64,000 bases of DNA, taken from NCBI GenBank assembly GCA_003141455.1, contig PLMA01000067.1, positions 85,850 to 149,849 of the forward strand, given 5' to 3'. The notes under the pieces are model-generated. The model was not told where the DNA came from and made no database searches. It saw nothing but the letters and a program-made list of their open reading frames with translations. Numbering within the stretch: position 1 is the first letter of the stretch; each line of letters starts with the position of its first letter. A program made the position numbers and the translations under genes. The stretch is from Chloroflexota bacterium. GTDB taxonomy: Bacteria > Chloroflexota > Limnocylindria > Limnocylindrales > CSP1-4. Below, piece by piece: positions 11,746 to 21,761 of this stretch.

Positions 11746-12365
11746 CAGCCCAGCGTTCCCTTGGTGGAGGCGGGCCCGCTCCTTCGCGGGTCCACGGCAC
11801 AGGCATCGCCGAGCGCCCGCCCGAGTGCCTTGAAGGCGGCCTCGGCCAGGTGGTGGTCGTTGCGGCCACGGCCGCGGATATTGAGCGTCACGCCCCCGGC
11901 ACGAGCGAACGACTCGAGGACGTGCTCGATCAGTTGCAGCGGCAGCTTACCGGCACGCTTGCCTCTGAACGGTAGATCGACTACCGCGTAGGGCCGGCCG
12001 CCCACGTCCACGACGGCGGTGGCCACCGATTCGTCCATGGGTACCGCGGCATCGCCGAAGCGGGAGATGCCGGAGCGATCGCCCAGAGCCTCCGCCAGGG
12101 CCGCGCCCAAGACCAGCGCCGCGTCCTCGACCGTGTGGTGCTCGTCGATCTCCAGATCTCCGGCCGCCTCGATCTCGAGATCGAAGAGGGCGTGGTACGC
12201 CAGCGAGCTCATCAGGTGATCGAAGAAACCGACTCCGGTTGCGATCTTGGTCTCGCCGGTGCCGTCCAGGCGCAGGGTCACCGTGATCTCCGTCTCGCGA
12301 GTCTTTCGGGTTACGGTGGCGGAGCGCTTGCCGGACGCGACGACGGTACCGATCTGGCTGCTCAT
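11745..12365 (-). CDS. hisB: Imidazoleglycerol-phosphate dehydratase
   Basis: RKTRETEI, GFFDHL, DEHHTVED, PMDES, NDHHLAEAAFKA, STKG. Confidence 0.97.
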   Translation of the reverse strand: MSSQIGTVVASGKRSATVTRKTRETEITVTLRLDGTGETKIATGVGFFDHLMSSLAYHALFDLEIEAAGDLEIDEHHTVEDAALVLGAALAEALGDRSGISRFGDAAVPMDESVATAVVDVGGRPYAVVDLPFRGKRAGKLPLQLIEHVLESFARAGGVTLNIRGRGRNDHHLAEAAFKALGRALGDACAVDPRRSGPASTKGTLG

Positions 12366-13474
12366 GCTGGGAATCCTCTGGCTGCATCGATGAGACGGTC
12401 GTTCTCCTCGGCCGACCGCACGGTCAGCCGAAGGCAGTCCGCCAACGGATGATCGAGACCGAACGTGCGTGGCACGAGGCCCTTTCGGAGAAGAGCGTCG
12501 CCGGCCGAGGCCGCCGAGCCGGGCGACGTGAAGCGGACGAGGATGAAGTTGGCCTGCGAGGGATACGGGCGCCAGCCGATGGCCGACAGCTCGTCTGCCA
12601 GGCGTTTGCGTTGCGCCGTTATCCGCGCCACGTTGTCCGCCGCCAGTTCCGGGCGGGTCAGCGACGCCGTGGCAAGCGCCGCGGAAACGGTACCCACCGA
12701 GGCCGGAGCTCGGAACGAGAGGATCGGCGCCAGCGTCTCCGGCCGCGCGATGGCGAAGCCGACGCGAATCCCTGCCAGCGCATGGGCCTTACTCAACGTC
12801 CGGATGACCACCAGGCGCGAGTAGTCGCATCGAAGCGGCAGCACGGTGCGACCGACGAACTCCGAATAGGCCTCGTCCACGGCCACGATCGGGGCTTCCC
12901 GCCGGTCGCGCACCGCCCCGGACTCGAGGGCCGCCAGCAGCTCGCCGATCCGCTCGGGAGGCTCGAAGGCGCCGCTCGGATTGTTCGGCTCGCACAGCCA
13001 TACCAGCTGCGCGCCACGGGCGGCCTCGGCCAGCGCTCGAATGTCGAGCCTGAAGCCTGACTCGGGGCCGAGCCGCGGTACGGCTGCCACGCGCGCCCCG
13101 CGCTGCTCCGAGACGATCCGGTACATCGCGTAGGTCGGCGTCGCCACGACGGCCACGGAGCCTTCGCGCAGGTAGGCGCGAGCGGTGAGGTCCAACGCTT
13201 CGTCGGCGCCGGCTGTTGGTAGAACCTCCTCCGGAGTCACGTCGTACGAGGCGGCGGCCGCGGCCACGAGCGAGGCGTAGTCACTCGGCGGGTATTCGCA
13301 AAGCGGCGGATCGAACGACCCGGCCAGCACGTCGCGAAGATCCGGCGCCAGGGGCGAAGTATTCACGTCGAAGCGCACGATCGACTCGCGCGCCAGTCCG
13401 TAGTGAGCTGCGAGGAAGTCGGTCGTGGGCTCCCAGACGTAAGTGGGCAGCTTCTGGGTGGCCGCGGCGCTCAT
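12362..13474 (-). CDS. hisC: Histidinol-phosphate aminotransferase
   Basis: CEPNNPSG, VDEAYSEF, RTLSKAHALAGIRVG (PLP lysine), SQANF; start MSAAATQ at 13474. Confidence 0.93.
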   Translation of the reverse strand: MSAAATQKLPTYVWEPTTDFLAAHYGLARESIVRFDVNTSPLAPDLRDVLAGSFDPPLCEYPPSDYASLVAAAAASYDVTPEEVLPTAGADEALDLTARAYLREGSVAVVATPTYAMYRIVSEQRGARVAAVPRLGPESGFRLDIRALAEAARGAQLVWLCEPNNPSGAFEPPERIGELLAALESGAVRDRREAPIVAVDEAYSEFVGRTVLPLRCDYSRLVVIRTLSKAHALAGIRVGFAIARPETLAPILSFRAPASVGTVSAALATASLTRPELAADNVARITAQRKRLADELSAIGWRPYPSQANFILVRFTSPGSAASAGDALLRKGLVPRTFGLDHPLADCLRLTVRSAEENDRLIDAARGFPA

Positions 13475-14808
13475 CGGCCGGCCTCCTCGAACCGCACTTG
13501 CACCGCGCGCTTGTGGGCGATCAGGCCCTCTGCCTCGGCGACCGACTCGACGGCGTCGCGGATGGCCGCCAGCCCGTCGCGGTTGATGCGCTGGACCTGC
13601 ACGAACTTGCCGTAGCTCTCGGTCGACAGCGCACCGCAAGAGCGGGCCAGGCCGCCCGTAGGCAGGACGTGGTTCGCGCCCGAGGCGTAGTCGCCGGCCG
13701 ACTCCGGCGCATACGGGCCGACGAAGAGCGAGCCCGCGTTCCGCAGCCGCGCGACGGCCTCCTCGACATCGTCCACGACGACGGAGAGATGCTCCGGGGC
13801 GTAGCCGTTGACGAAATCCAGGGCTTCGGCGCGGGAGGGCGCCAGCACGACCAGGGCACAGCTCGCCAGGGAACGTTCGAGGATCTCGCGCCGGGCCGCG
13901 GTCTGCAGCTGGCGGGCAAGCTCCCGCTCCACGGCCGCCGCAACAGCCGGTTCCCAGGTGACGAGCAGGGCAGGGGAGTCGGGACCGTGCTCCGCCTGTG
14001 AGAGGAGGTCCGCGGCGACGTGAACCGGGTCGGCCGTGGCATCGGCCACGACCATGACCTCGGATGGACCGGCCGGCAGGTCGATACCGCACTCGCCGAA
14101 GACCTCGAGCTTTGCCGCCGTCACCCACGCGTTGCCGGGTCCCACGATCCGGTCGACCGGCTCCACACCCGCCTCCGGCAGGCCGTAGGCCAGCGCCCCG
14201 ACGGCCTGGGCCCCGCCGGCGACGACGAACACCTCGACGCCGACCAGCCCCGCCGCGCCGAGCATCGTCGCGTTCAGGCGGCCCTCCGAGTCGGCCGGGG
14301 AGGCGACCACGATCTGGCCCACGCCGGCGACCTGCGCCGGAACCACGCCCATCAGGAGCGAGCTGGGGTAGGCGGCCGAACCGCCCGGCGCATAGACGCC
14401 GACCCGAGAGAGGGGCACCCAGCGGCGCTCGATCTCCACCCCGGGGACGATCGTCGTGAAGCGCGTCTGGGGCAGCTCTGTCTCGGCGAAGCGGCGGATG
14501 TTGGCGATCATCTGCTCAAGGCCGGCCCGGATGCGCGGCGGCAGGCTGTCGCGGGCGGCCTCCATCTCGGCCCGGCCGACCAGCAGGGACCCGTCGGCCC
14601 GGCCGCCGCCGAAGCGGGCGTTGGCGTTACGGACCGCCGCGTCGCCACCGCTCTTGACGGCCGCGAGGATTGCCCTTGCGCCCTCGCGAACCTTGGGATC
14701 GGGTACGGCGCCACGGCGAAGCAAGGCCTTGATCTCGGCCGCGACAGCCGGTTCGGTGGCAGCGCGGGACAGCTCCAGGCGGCGCAGTTCAACAGACGTG
14801 GCGCTCAT
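13471..14808 (-). CDS. hisD: Histidinol dehydrogenase
   Basis: GVYAPGG..AYPSS, GGAQAVGALAYG, GPGNAWV..AK, AGPSE, SQAEH, APEHL, GDYASGANHVLPT. Confidence 0.97.
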   Translation of the reverse strand: MSATSVELRRLELSRAATEPAVAAEIKALLRRGAVPDPKVREGARAILAAVKSGGDAAVRNANARFGGGRADGSLLVGRAEMEAARDSLPPRIRAGLEQMIANIRRFAETELPQTRFTTIVPGVEIERRWVPLSRVGVYAPGGSAAYPSSLLMGVVPAQVAGVGQIVVASPADSEGRLNATMLGAAGLVGVEVFVVAGGAQAVGALAYGLPEAGVEPVDRIVGPGNAWVTAAKLEVFGECGIDLPAGPSEVMVVADATADPVHVAADLLSQAEHGPDSPALLVTWEPAVAAAVERELARQLQTAARREILERSLASCALVVLAPSRAEALDFVNGYAPEHLSVVVDDVEEAVARLRNAGSLFVGPYAPESAGDYASGANHVLPTGGLARSCGALSTESYGKFVQVQRINRDGLAAIRDAVESVAEAEGLIAHKRAVQVRFEEAGR

Positions 14809-15665
14809 GGGACCAGCTTCTCGATGGGCAGGATCAGAATGCCGGAGGCTCCGGCCGCCTTGAGTCTCGGGAGCAGCGACCACACCGCGTCCGCATCGAC
14901 GACGGCGTGGATCGCGATCATCCCTTCGTGGGCCAGCGGGATCACCGACGGCGACTCCAGCCCGGGCAGAAGATCCTCGAGCTCCGCGGCTTTGCCGACC
15001 GGGGCATTCATCATCAGATACTTGCGATCGCGCGCCGCGAGCGTGGCGCTGAGCATCGTCTGTATCGAGTCGAGCACGTCGGCGCGCTCGCCCAGGGCGG
15101 TCGAATTCGCCAGCAGCACCGCCTCGGACGAGAAGATCTCCTCGATCGGTCGCAGGCCGTTGACCACCATCGTCGAGCCGGTTGAGACGAGATCGACGAT
15201 CGCCTCGGCCAGGCCGAGTCGCGGCGCCACCTCGGCCGCGCCGGATACGGGGATCACGTCCACGGGAATCGAGCGGCTCTCGAAGAAGCGGCGGGTCAGG
15301 CTCATGTGGGACGTGGCTACGCGCAAGCCCGCCAGATCATCAACGGCGCGGAAGGCGGAGTCGTTCGGTACGGCGACTGTGAGTCGGCACCGTCCGAAGC
15401 CCAGCTTGCGAAGCTGGGGGACGTCGGACCCCGATTCGGCCACCAGATCCAGCCCGGTCACGCCCAGCTCCGCGACCCCGTCGGTCACGAATTCCACGAC
15501 GTCGTTGGTCCGAACGAAAAGAATGTCGAGGTCGTAGTTCTGGACGCGCGCCATCAGCGCTCGCTCGCCGGCTTCGAAGACCAGGCCGGCGTCGCGCAGC
15601 AGCTTGACCGTCGGTTCGACGAGGCGTCCTTTGTTCGGAATGGCCAGGCGCAGCCGGCGAGTCAT
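14805..15665 (-). CDS. hisG: ATP phosphoribosyltransferase, long form
   Basis: LAIPNKGRL, GVTGLD, GAAEVAP..GLAEAIVDLVSTGST, C-terminal regulatory domain. Confidence 0.96.
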   Translation of the reverse strand: MTRRLRLAIPNKGRLVEPTVKLLRDAGLVFEAGERALMARVQNYDLDILFVRTNDVVEFVTDGVAELGVTGLDLVAESGSDVPQLRKLGFGRCRLTVAVPNDSAFRAVDDLAGLRVATSHMSLTRRFFESRSIPVDVIPVSGAAEVAPRLGLAEAIVDLVSTGSTMVVNGLRPIEEIFSSEAVLLANSTALGERADVLDSIQTMLSATLAARDRKYLMMNAPVGKAAELEDLLPGLESPSVIPLAHEGMIAIHAVVDADAVWSLLPRLKAAGASGILILPIEKLVP

Positions 15666-15997
15666 CGAGTCGCTTCTCCAGTCGGGGTGGGGGATTGGCC
15701 GGCTGCCGCTCGCAACCGTTCCAGGGCCTTGAGATACCCGCCCTCGCCGTGATGCAGCCACTGGGCGATACGGGTGATCGTGGCCGTGCTTGCGCCGGTT
15801 CGATTCGAGATCTCGGCGTAGTGCATACCCTGGTCGAGCAGCCGGACCACGGCCCAACGCTGGGCTATGTCGTGCAGCTCACCTAGAGTGCAGAGGTCGC
15901 GGAAGAAGGCCGAGGCCTCGTCGGCCGTCTCCAGGCGCACAATCGCCTCGAACAGCTCGCTTGTGGCTTCATCGCGCCAGGCGTCCATAGCGCTCAT
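15662..15997 (-). CDS. YerC/YecD family TrpR-like regulator (probable HisR)
   Basis: FFRDLCT..EL..IAQRW.V..LL, Y.EI...TGASTATITRIA.WL..G..GY; first gene of the his operon. Confidence 0.9.
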   Translation of the reverse strand: MSAMDAWRDEATSELFEAIVRLETADEASAFFRDLCTLGELHDIAQRWAVVRLLDQGMHYAEISNRTGASTATITRIAQWLHHGEGGYLKALERLRAAAGQSPTPTGEATR

Positions 15998-16063
15998 GGG
16001 ATTCCTCGTCGATCCGTCTCGCCGGAAGTGGATGCCGCCATGGCTCCATCCGGACTGAGCTGA

Positions 16064-16088
16064 TGTAGTAGCATAGTAGCATGTTACA
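16064..16088. promoter_or_regulatory. Candidate TrpR-type operator overlapping divergent his promoters
   Basis: AT-rich TGTAGTAGCATAGTAGCATGTTACA: tandem TAGTAGCA x2 flanked by TGTA/TACA; contains TAGCAT (+) and TACTAT (-) -10-like hexamers. Confidence 0.55.
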
Positions 16089-16884
16089 ACGCAAGCAAGT
16101 CGGGTTGCCGGCCGTCTTCCAGCTCCTGCCCGCCATCGACCTGCGCAGCGGCCTGGTGGTTCGGCTGTCGGAGGGCGACTTTACGCGCGAGACCGTCTAC
16201 GGAACCGATCCCGAGGAGGTGGCGCGGGGGTTCGCGGCGGCCGGCGCCCGTTGGATCCATATCGTGGACCTGGATGGGGCCAGGGAAGGCGAGCGCCGCC
16301 AGACGGAGGTCGTGACCCGGATCGTGGCCGCGGCCGGACCCGGTGTGTCATGCGAAGTAGCGGGCGGCATTCGCGATCAGGCGGCCGTGGATGCCGCTCT
16401 CTCCGCCGGGGCGGCGCGAGCGGTCATCGGCACCGCGGCCCTGCGAGACCCCGGATTCGTGGAGCGATTGGTGACGCGCTTGGGCCCGGAGCGCATCGCG
16501 ATTGCCCTGGACGTGCGCGATGGGATGGCCGTCGGCCAGGGTTGGGCTCCGGGCAAGCCGGGAATGCCCGCGCATGAGGCGCTGACAGTGCTCGCCGATC
16601 GGGGCGCGCGCACCTTCATCGTCACGGCCATCGAGCGCGACGGCCTCCTCGGCGGTCCCAACCTGGAGTTGCTCGGCCGGATGGTCGCACTCGGGCGCGG
16701 CGAGGTAGTCGCCTCGGCCGGCCTTGCGTCGCTCGAGGACGTCGCCGCCGTCCGCGCCCTGGGTTGTGCCGGGGCGATCGTGGGCCGTGCCCTGTACGAG
16801 GGTCGCGTGGATCTGGCCGCCGCGGTGCGGCTGGTCTACGGGGAAGACCCGGCACCGCAGCCGGGGCCACGCGTCAGCAGGTAG
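16081..16884 (+). CDS. hisA: ProFAR isomerase
   Basis: LLPAIDLRSG.VVRL..GD, HIVDLDGA, VAGGIRD, VTAIERDG.L.GPN; start uncertain (16081 or TTG 16105). Confidence 0.95.
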   Translation: MLQRKQVGLPAVFQLLPAIDLRSGLVVRLSEGDFTRETVYGTDPEEVARGFAAAGARWIHIVDLDGAREGERRQTEVVTRIVAAAGPGVSCEVAGGIRDQAAVDAALSAGAARAVIGTAALRDPGFVERLVTRLGPERIAIALDVRDGMAVGQGWAPGKPGMPAHEALTVLADRGARTFIVTAIERDGLLGGPNLELLGRMVALGRGEVVASAGLASLEDVAAVRALGCAGAIVGRALYEGRVDLAAAVRLVYGEDPAPQPGPRVSR

Positions 16885-18169
16885 GCGCTTGCGTCTTCCC
16901 GTAGTAGCGGCTGTCCTGACCGAAGAGCTTGATCGAGAGCGGTGCCACCTTGTCCAGCATCAGGCAGCTGGTGGACGCGGTCGCGGTCGAACTCGAGACG
17001 CTGTAGGGAGGACCCAGCACGTACCGATCGATGTTCTCGGGCGGGATCTTCTGACCGGCAGCCACCATGTCGGCGACCTTCGATGCGGGGAAGTCGGTAC
17101 GAATGAGCGATCCGGCCTGCTGTGTCCAGCTCGGAAGATTCACCACCACGCTCGGCGTCGCCATCTTGTGTTCGAGGGCAACCAGGAGTTGCTGCTGCCG
17201 CCCGGCGCGGGCGTAGTCGCTGTTGCCGCTGCCGTGGCGAGATCTCGCATACGCGAGGGCGTGGCGTCCGTCCAGATGCTGCTGACCCGCCGCGAGCTTG
17301 AAGCCGTAGGGCGAACCATCCAGCCAGTCGTAGGTTGGATCGTTGATGGCCGCGGGATTGGCGATGTCGATCCCGCCCACCATGTCGATCATCGTCATGA
17401 AGTTAGCCAGGTTCACGACCCCGTAGTAGTTGATTGGAACGCCCACCAGATAGCTGATCTCCTTCACGAGCGTCGGGAAGGGCTGATCCGGAGAGCTGAT
17501 CCAGCCGTTCCTCACGTACGTGGGTACGGCGTTGATCTTGATCTTGGACGTGCCGCCCCAGTAGAACGGGAAGCCAGCCGTGTCCCTTGGGACGCTGACC
17601 ATGGCCACCCTGTTGGTGGCCGAGTCGAAGCTGACGACCATGATTGAGTCGTACAGCTGCTCGGAGCGCCCCGAGAACTGATCGAGGCCGGTCAGAAGAA
17701 TCGTGGTCCGTGTCCCGGTCACCGGTACGACCGCGGTTTCGTCGTTCGAGCTGCCACCACCGAAGGTATGAGTGCCGATGTCGTGGGCGGACCAGAGGTA
17801 GACGGCCCCCGCGGCATGGCTGGCCACCACGAGAAGGAGCAGCACCACCAGGACGAAGCGCTCGCCGGTCCGCGTCACCAGACGACGGTCACCCACGACG
17901 AACGCATGCAGGATGGAGAACAGGCGCCACAGCCCAAACGCCACGACCGCGACGAACGCGGCCCAGGCGAAGTCCGGGTCCAGGAACCGGGCGGCCAGGA
18001 CCGCCATTCCCTCTCGCGCTTCGTAGAAGATGACGGCTACGGCGACGACGGCGGGAATGGCGAAGACCACCGCAAGGAGGCGGCGACCGGCATACAGCTG
18101 GCCAAGCCCGGGCCACAGGAACGAGAGCAGCGCGCTGAAAGCCGGGGATCGCGACGTGCGTACGGGCAC
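16874..18169 (-). CDS. LCP (LytR-CpsA-Psr) family cell-wall ligase with N-terminal TM segments
   Basis: ILLTGLD, DSIMVV, VSVPRDT, KIN, LDGRHALAYARSRH..SDYARAGRQQ; start uncertain (18169-18229). Confidence 0.9.
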   Translation of the reverse strand: MPVRTSRSPAFSALLSFLWPGLGQLYAGRRLLAVVFAIPAVVAVAVIFYEAREGMAVLAARFLDPDFAWAAFVAVVAFGLWRLFSILHAFVVGDRRLVTRTGERFVLVVLLLLVVASHAAGAVYLWSAHDIGTHTFGGGSSNDETAVVPVTGTRTTILLTGLDQFSGRSEQLYDSIMVVSFDSATNRVAMVSVPRDTAGFPFYWGGTSKIKINAVPTYVRNGWISSPDQPFPTLVKEISYLVGVPINYYGVVNLANFMTMIDMVGGIDIANPAAINDPTYDWLDGSPYGFKLAAGQQHLDGRHALAYARSRHGSGNSDYARAGRQQQLLVALEHKMATPSVVVNLPSWTQQAGSLIRTDFPASKVADMVAAGQKIPPENIDRYVLGPPYSVSSSTATASTSCLMLDKVAPLSIKLFGQDSRYYGKTQAPTC

Positions 18170-18314
18170 GGAATTGGGGTCAGACACTACAAACCACTCT
18201 AGCATCGACTGGGGGGAAACACCCTTCACGACGGGGAGGGCCGCGGCGGCGTGACGGAAGGCAGGAGGTTCGGCGCGTTACAGGGCCGCCCATCGAGCCC
18301 TGGGAGACCGGTAT

Positions 18315-19370
18315 TCAGTCGTGCGTGGCCGTCTCGCCCGAGTCCGTGAACGAACTGCCGGCGACGGGAATGAACTGCCAGGCGTAGCTGCGATCAGTGA
18401 GCGTGAGCTTCAGGGCGCCGTACGTTCCGGCGCGGCGAACCTCGGAGTTGGCTCTGACCGTTAGGAAGGGCGCCGGTATCGCCCCGCCCGTGCCCACCAC
18501 GAACTCCCGGATGCCCCTGCTATCGGCAGCGCCGGTAGGGGACTGCGGCGCGAAGCGCTCGTACTCATGGTCGTGACCGTTGAGCACGATTTCGGCGTGG
18601 GCGTCGTAGAGATCCTGCCACCAGGTCTGATAGTCGGTCGAGCCACCATGAAGGCCCGAGCTGAACCGCGGGATGTGCCACATCGCTATAACGTGCTTGC
18701 CCGAATTGGCAGCCAGATCGGCGCGGAGCCAGGTCTCTTGAATTGAGCCGGCACCACAGCCGCCAACCTCCGCGCAGATAGCGTTGAGCACGATCACGTG
18801 CCAGTTGGCGGCGAGGTCGTAGCTGTAGTAGCCCTTGCCCGCTGGCCCGGCCGCGGAGCCGAAGTAGGCGTAGTACGGGGCGCCGTCGGAGGTCAGGTGG
18901 TCGTGGTTGCCGGCGGTCGGGCGCGTTCGGGACTTGAACGCGCCCCACGTGCTGCCGTAGCAGGTCGCGTACTGCGCGGCCGTTCCCGAATCGTTCGAGT
19001 TGTCCCCCAGGGTGAAGACTCCGGCCGATGGCAGGGCCTCCACGAGGGTCGCCGTATGCAGTGCATTGCCGCTGGCAAACACCTGGCAGATGTCGCCGGC
19101 GCCTACGAGGACGGCGCTCCCCGACGGTGCCGGGACGGCGGTCGGAGACGCGGTTGCCGCGGCCATCGCCGAAGAGGCCGTGGGGTTGGGGCTCTCCGGG
19201 AGGCCGGCCGTGGCGGTAGCGGCATCGGGAACGATCGCAACGGGCGTGGACGAGGAAGAGGGCGTAGACGACGCCGCAGGCGACCCACAGGCCGCGAGCG
19301 AAGTTGCCACGAGCAGGATCGAGGCGGCGGCGGCGGTCAGGAGACCGATTGGGTGGCGGTTCGGCTTCAC
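18315..19370 (-). CDS. Secreted/lipoprotein calcineurin-like metallophosphoesterase
   Basis: Lipobox SLAAC, S/T/A/P linker, GAGDI, LGDN, GNHD, WH.P, GHDH.YER; GTG 19370 lies 6 nt after CATAAT. Confidence 0.88.
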   Translation of the reverse strand: MKPNRHPIGLLTAAAASILLVATSLAACGSPAASSTPSSSSTPVAIVPDAATATAGLPESPNPTASSAMAAATASPTAVPAPSGSAVLVGAGDICQVFASGNALHTATLVEALPSAGVFTLGDNSNDSGTAAQYATCYGSTWGAFKSRTRPTAGNHDHLTSDGAPYYAYFGSAAGPAGKGYYSYDLAANWHVIVLNAICAEVGGCGAGSIQETWLRADLAANSGKHVIAMWHIPRFSSGLHGGSTDYQTWWQDLYDAHAEIVLNGHDHEYERFAPQSPTGAADSRGIREFVVGTGGAIPAPFLTVRANSEVRRAGTYGALKLTLTDRSYAWQFIPVAGSSFTDSGETATHD

Positions 19371-19482
19371 GGCTGAATTATGTCGGCCCCACGCCGGCTT
19401 GGCGCACGCCCGGGCGATCCGGGAAGCGGCTGCCATCGCACGGCGGACCGCCCTTCAGGAAGGCCGGAGTCCCACGCCCGGC

Positions 19483-21570
19483 TCAGTGCTCCTCGGCCTC
19501 CTGGGCCTTCCGATGCTCCCCGATCACCTTCTCTGCGATGTGCGACGGCACGTCCTGGTAGTGGTCCAGGGTTGCCGTGAAGGTGCCGCGACCAGCGGTG
19601 AGCGAGCGAAGTTCCGTGGCGTAGGTGAAGAGCTCGGCCTGCGGGACCTGAGCAGTGATGACCTGGTACCCGTCCTTGGTATCCATGCCCAGAACGTGCC
19701 CGCGGCGCCCGTTGAGGTCCCGGTTCACGTCGCCCATGTAGGCCTCCGGAATCCGGATCTCCACGGTCATGATCGGTTCCATGAGCGCCGGCTTGCACTC
19801 CAGGACGCCGCTCTTCAGTGCCAGCCGGGCCGCCAGCTTGAACGAGAGCTCATTCGAGTCGACCGCGTGGAAGCTGCCGTCGTAGAGAGTCGCCTTGAAG
19901 TCGCTGAGCGGATAGCCGGCGAGCACGCCCTCGGCTGCCGTCTCCCGAACCCCCTTCTCGACGCCCGGGAAGAAGTTCTTGGGCACGGTGCCACCGACGA
20001 CGTGCTCGGCGAAGACGACGCCGCCGCCCGGATTCGGCTCGATCTCGATCCAGACGTCGCCGAACATTCCGTGGCCGCCGGTCTGCTTCTTGTATCGGCC
20101 GTGGGACTGCGTCTTGCCGCGGATCGTCTCTTTGTAGGGCACCTTTGGGAGCGCGGTCACGATCGCGGCACCGAACTTGCGCTTGAGGCGCTCGCCCAGG
20201 ACGGCGATGTGGGCATCGCCCATCGCCACGAGCACCTGCTCGCCGGTCTCGCTGCGGATCACGCGAGCGGACGGCTCCTCCTCCAGCATTCGCTGGAGCG
20301 CCGAGCCCATCTTGTCCAGGTCCGCCTTGGTCTGCGGCTCGATCGCCACCTGCAGCGTGGGCACGGGGAAATCGAGCGGAGGGAGTGCGTAGGGGTTCTC
20401 GCGCGAAGACGTCAACGTGTCGCCGGTGCCCGTGACGGTCAGCTTCGCCACCGCTCCGATCTCGCCGGCGTGCAGTTGTCCGACCGTCTCCTGGTCCTTG
20501 CCGTGAAGCAGGAGGAGCTGGCCCAGACGTTCGTCCTCAGCGCGAGTGGAGTTCCAGGCATGAGCTTGGCCCTGGAGCGTCCCGGACAGCACGCGAATGT
20601 AGGTCAGGCGGCCGACGAACGGGTCGGCGGTGGTCTTGAAGACTCGCGCCACCAGCGGACCCGCCGCGTCGGGCACGATTCGCGTCTCTTTGCCGCTCTT
20701 GGGATCTGTGAGCACCATCTCGCCAAGATCCGCCGGCGACGGCAGATAGCGCACGATCGCGTCGGTCAATGCCCGGACGCCGATGTCCTTCGACGCGCTT
20801 CCGACCAGCACCGGCGCCACCATGCCGGCCCGAACGGCCTTCTTGACGCAAGCCGCGAGCTCGGGATCCGTGATCTCCTCGCCCTCGAGGTACTTGGCCA
20901 TCACGTCGTCGTCGGCTTCCGAAGCGGCCTCGATCAGCTGGTCGCGGCGGGTCGCGATCTCGTCCACCAGGCCGGCCGGAACCGGGACTTCGACTTCCTT
21001 GCCGCCTTGGACCTGGTAGGCCTTGCGGTGGATGACGTCGACGAAGCCGGTGAACGACTCGCCCGAGCCGATCGCCACGTGCAGCGGCGCGATCTTCTGT
21101 CCGAAGGAGGCCCTGAGCTTGTCGATCGTGCTGCTCGGATTCGCGTTCTCGCGATCGCACTTGTTGATGAAGAAGAGTGCCGGCCGGCCGGTCTTGCGAG
21201 CCAGCGACACGGTCGATTCCAGACCCGCCTCGACGTTGCCGGAGGCGTCCATCAGCAGGACCGCTGCGTCCGCGGCCGCGAAACCCTCCACGACCTCGGC
21301 CGCGAAGTCCGCGTATCCGGGGGTGTCGACCAGCTGGATCCGCGTGCCCTCGTGATCCAGCGAGGTGACGGCCAGGCTCAGCGACTGCCGTCTCTTCTGC
21401 TCTTCCGGTTCGTAGTCCAGGCTGGCCGACCCGTCGTCGACGCGGCCGAGCCGGGTGATCGCCCCGGCATCGAATAGGAGACGTTCGCACAGCGTCGTCT
21501 TGCCGGCACCGGCGTGCGCGGCTACGACGACGCTGCGGAAGTGGGGGAGGTCGACACTCTTGGTTGGCAT
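19483..21570 (-). CDS. Elongation factor G-like protein (EF-G2)
   Basis: AHAGAGKTT, DTPG, NKCD and all five EF-G domains; divergent switch I (KRRQSL instead of RGITI). Confidence 0.93.
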   Translation of the reverse strand: MPTKSVDLPHFRSVVVAAHAGAGKTTLCERLLFDAGAITRLGRVDDGSASLDYEPEEQKRRQSLSLAVTSLDHEGTRIQLVDTPGYADFAAEVVEGFAAADAAVLLMDASGNVEAGLESTVSLARKTGRPALFFINKCDRENANPSSTIDKLRASFGQKIAPLHVAIGSGESFTGFVDVIHRKAYQVQGGKEVEVPVPAGLVDEIATRRDQLIEAASEADDDVMAKYLEGEEITDPELAACVKKAVRAGMVAPVLVGSASKDIGVRALTDAIVRYLPSPADLGEMVLTDPKSGKETRIVPDAAGPLVARVFKTTADPFVGRLTYIRVLSGTLQGQAHAWNSTRAEDERLGQLLLLHGKDQETVGQLHAGEIGAVAKLTVTGTGDTLTSSRENPYALPPLDFPVPTLQVAIEPQTKADLDKMGSALQRMLEEEPSARVIRSETGEQVLVAMGDAHIAVLGERLKRKFGAAIVTALPKVPYKETIRGKTQSHGRYKKQTGGHGMFGDVWIEIEPNPGGGVVFAEHVVGGTVPKNFFPGVEKGVRETAAEGVLAGYPLSDFKATLYDGSFHAVDSNELSFKLAARLALKSGVLECKPALMEPIMTVEIRIPEAYMGDVNRDLNGRRGHVLGMDTKDGYQVITAQVPQAELFTYATELRSLTAGRGTFTATLDHYQDVPSHIAEKVIGEHRKAQEAEEH

Positions 21571-21748
21571 CTGCGCAATCGATCCTCTGGTGGCGCTGGA
21601 GAGCGCCGGATAGGTGGCGTGACGAGCGGAGGCCGCGGTCAGGCCATGATAGCGGGGACCGCTTGCGGGGACGAGCGGGCCACGACGCTCGCGGACCCGC
21701 CGACAGCCTCCCGGGCTACCGGACCCGTCCGGGAAACACCTCGGGCGC

Positions 21749-21754
21749 TATACT
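21749..21754 (+). promoter_or_regulatory. -10 element (TATACT) of a probably leaderless yebC-ruvC-ruvA transcript
   Basis: TATACT lies 7 nt before ATG 21762 with no SD in between. Confidence 0.6.
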
Positions 21755-21761
21755 CCGGCCG

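Noticed and set aside
19000-21477. 825-aa plus-strand ORF
   Set aside because: Antisense shadow of EF-G2 in high-GC DNA with no motifs; the same applies to 29261-30793, 32214-33401, 37305-38372 and similar.
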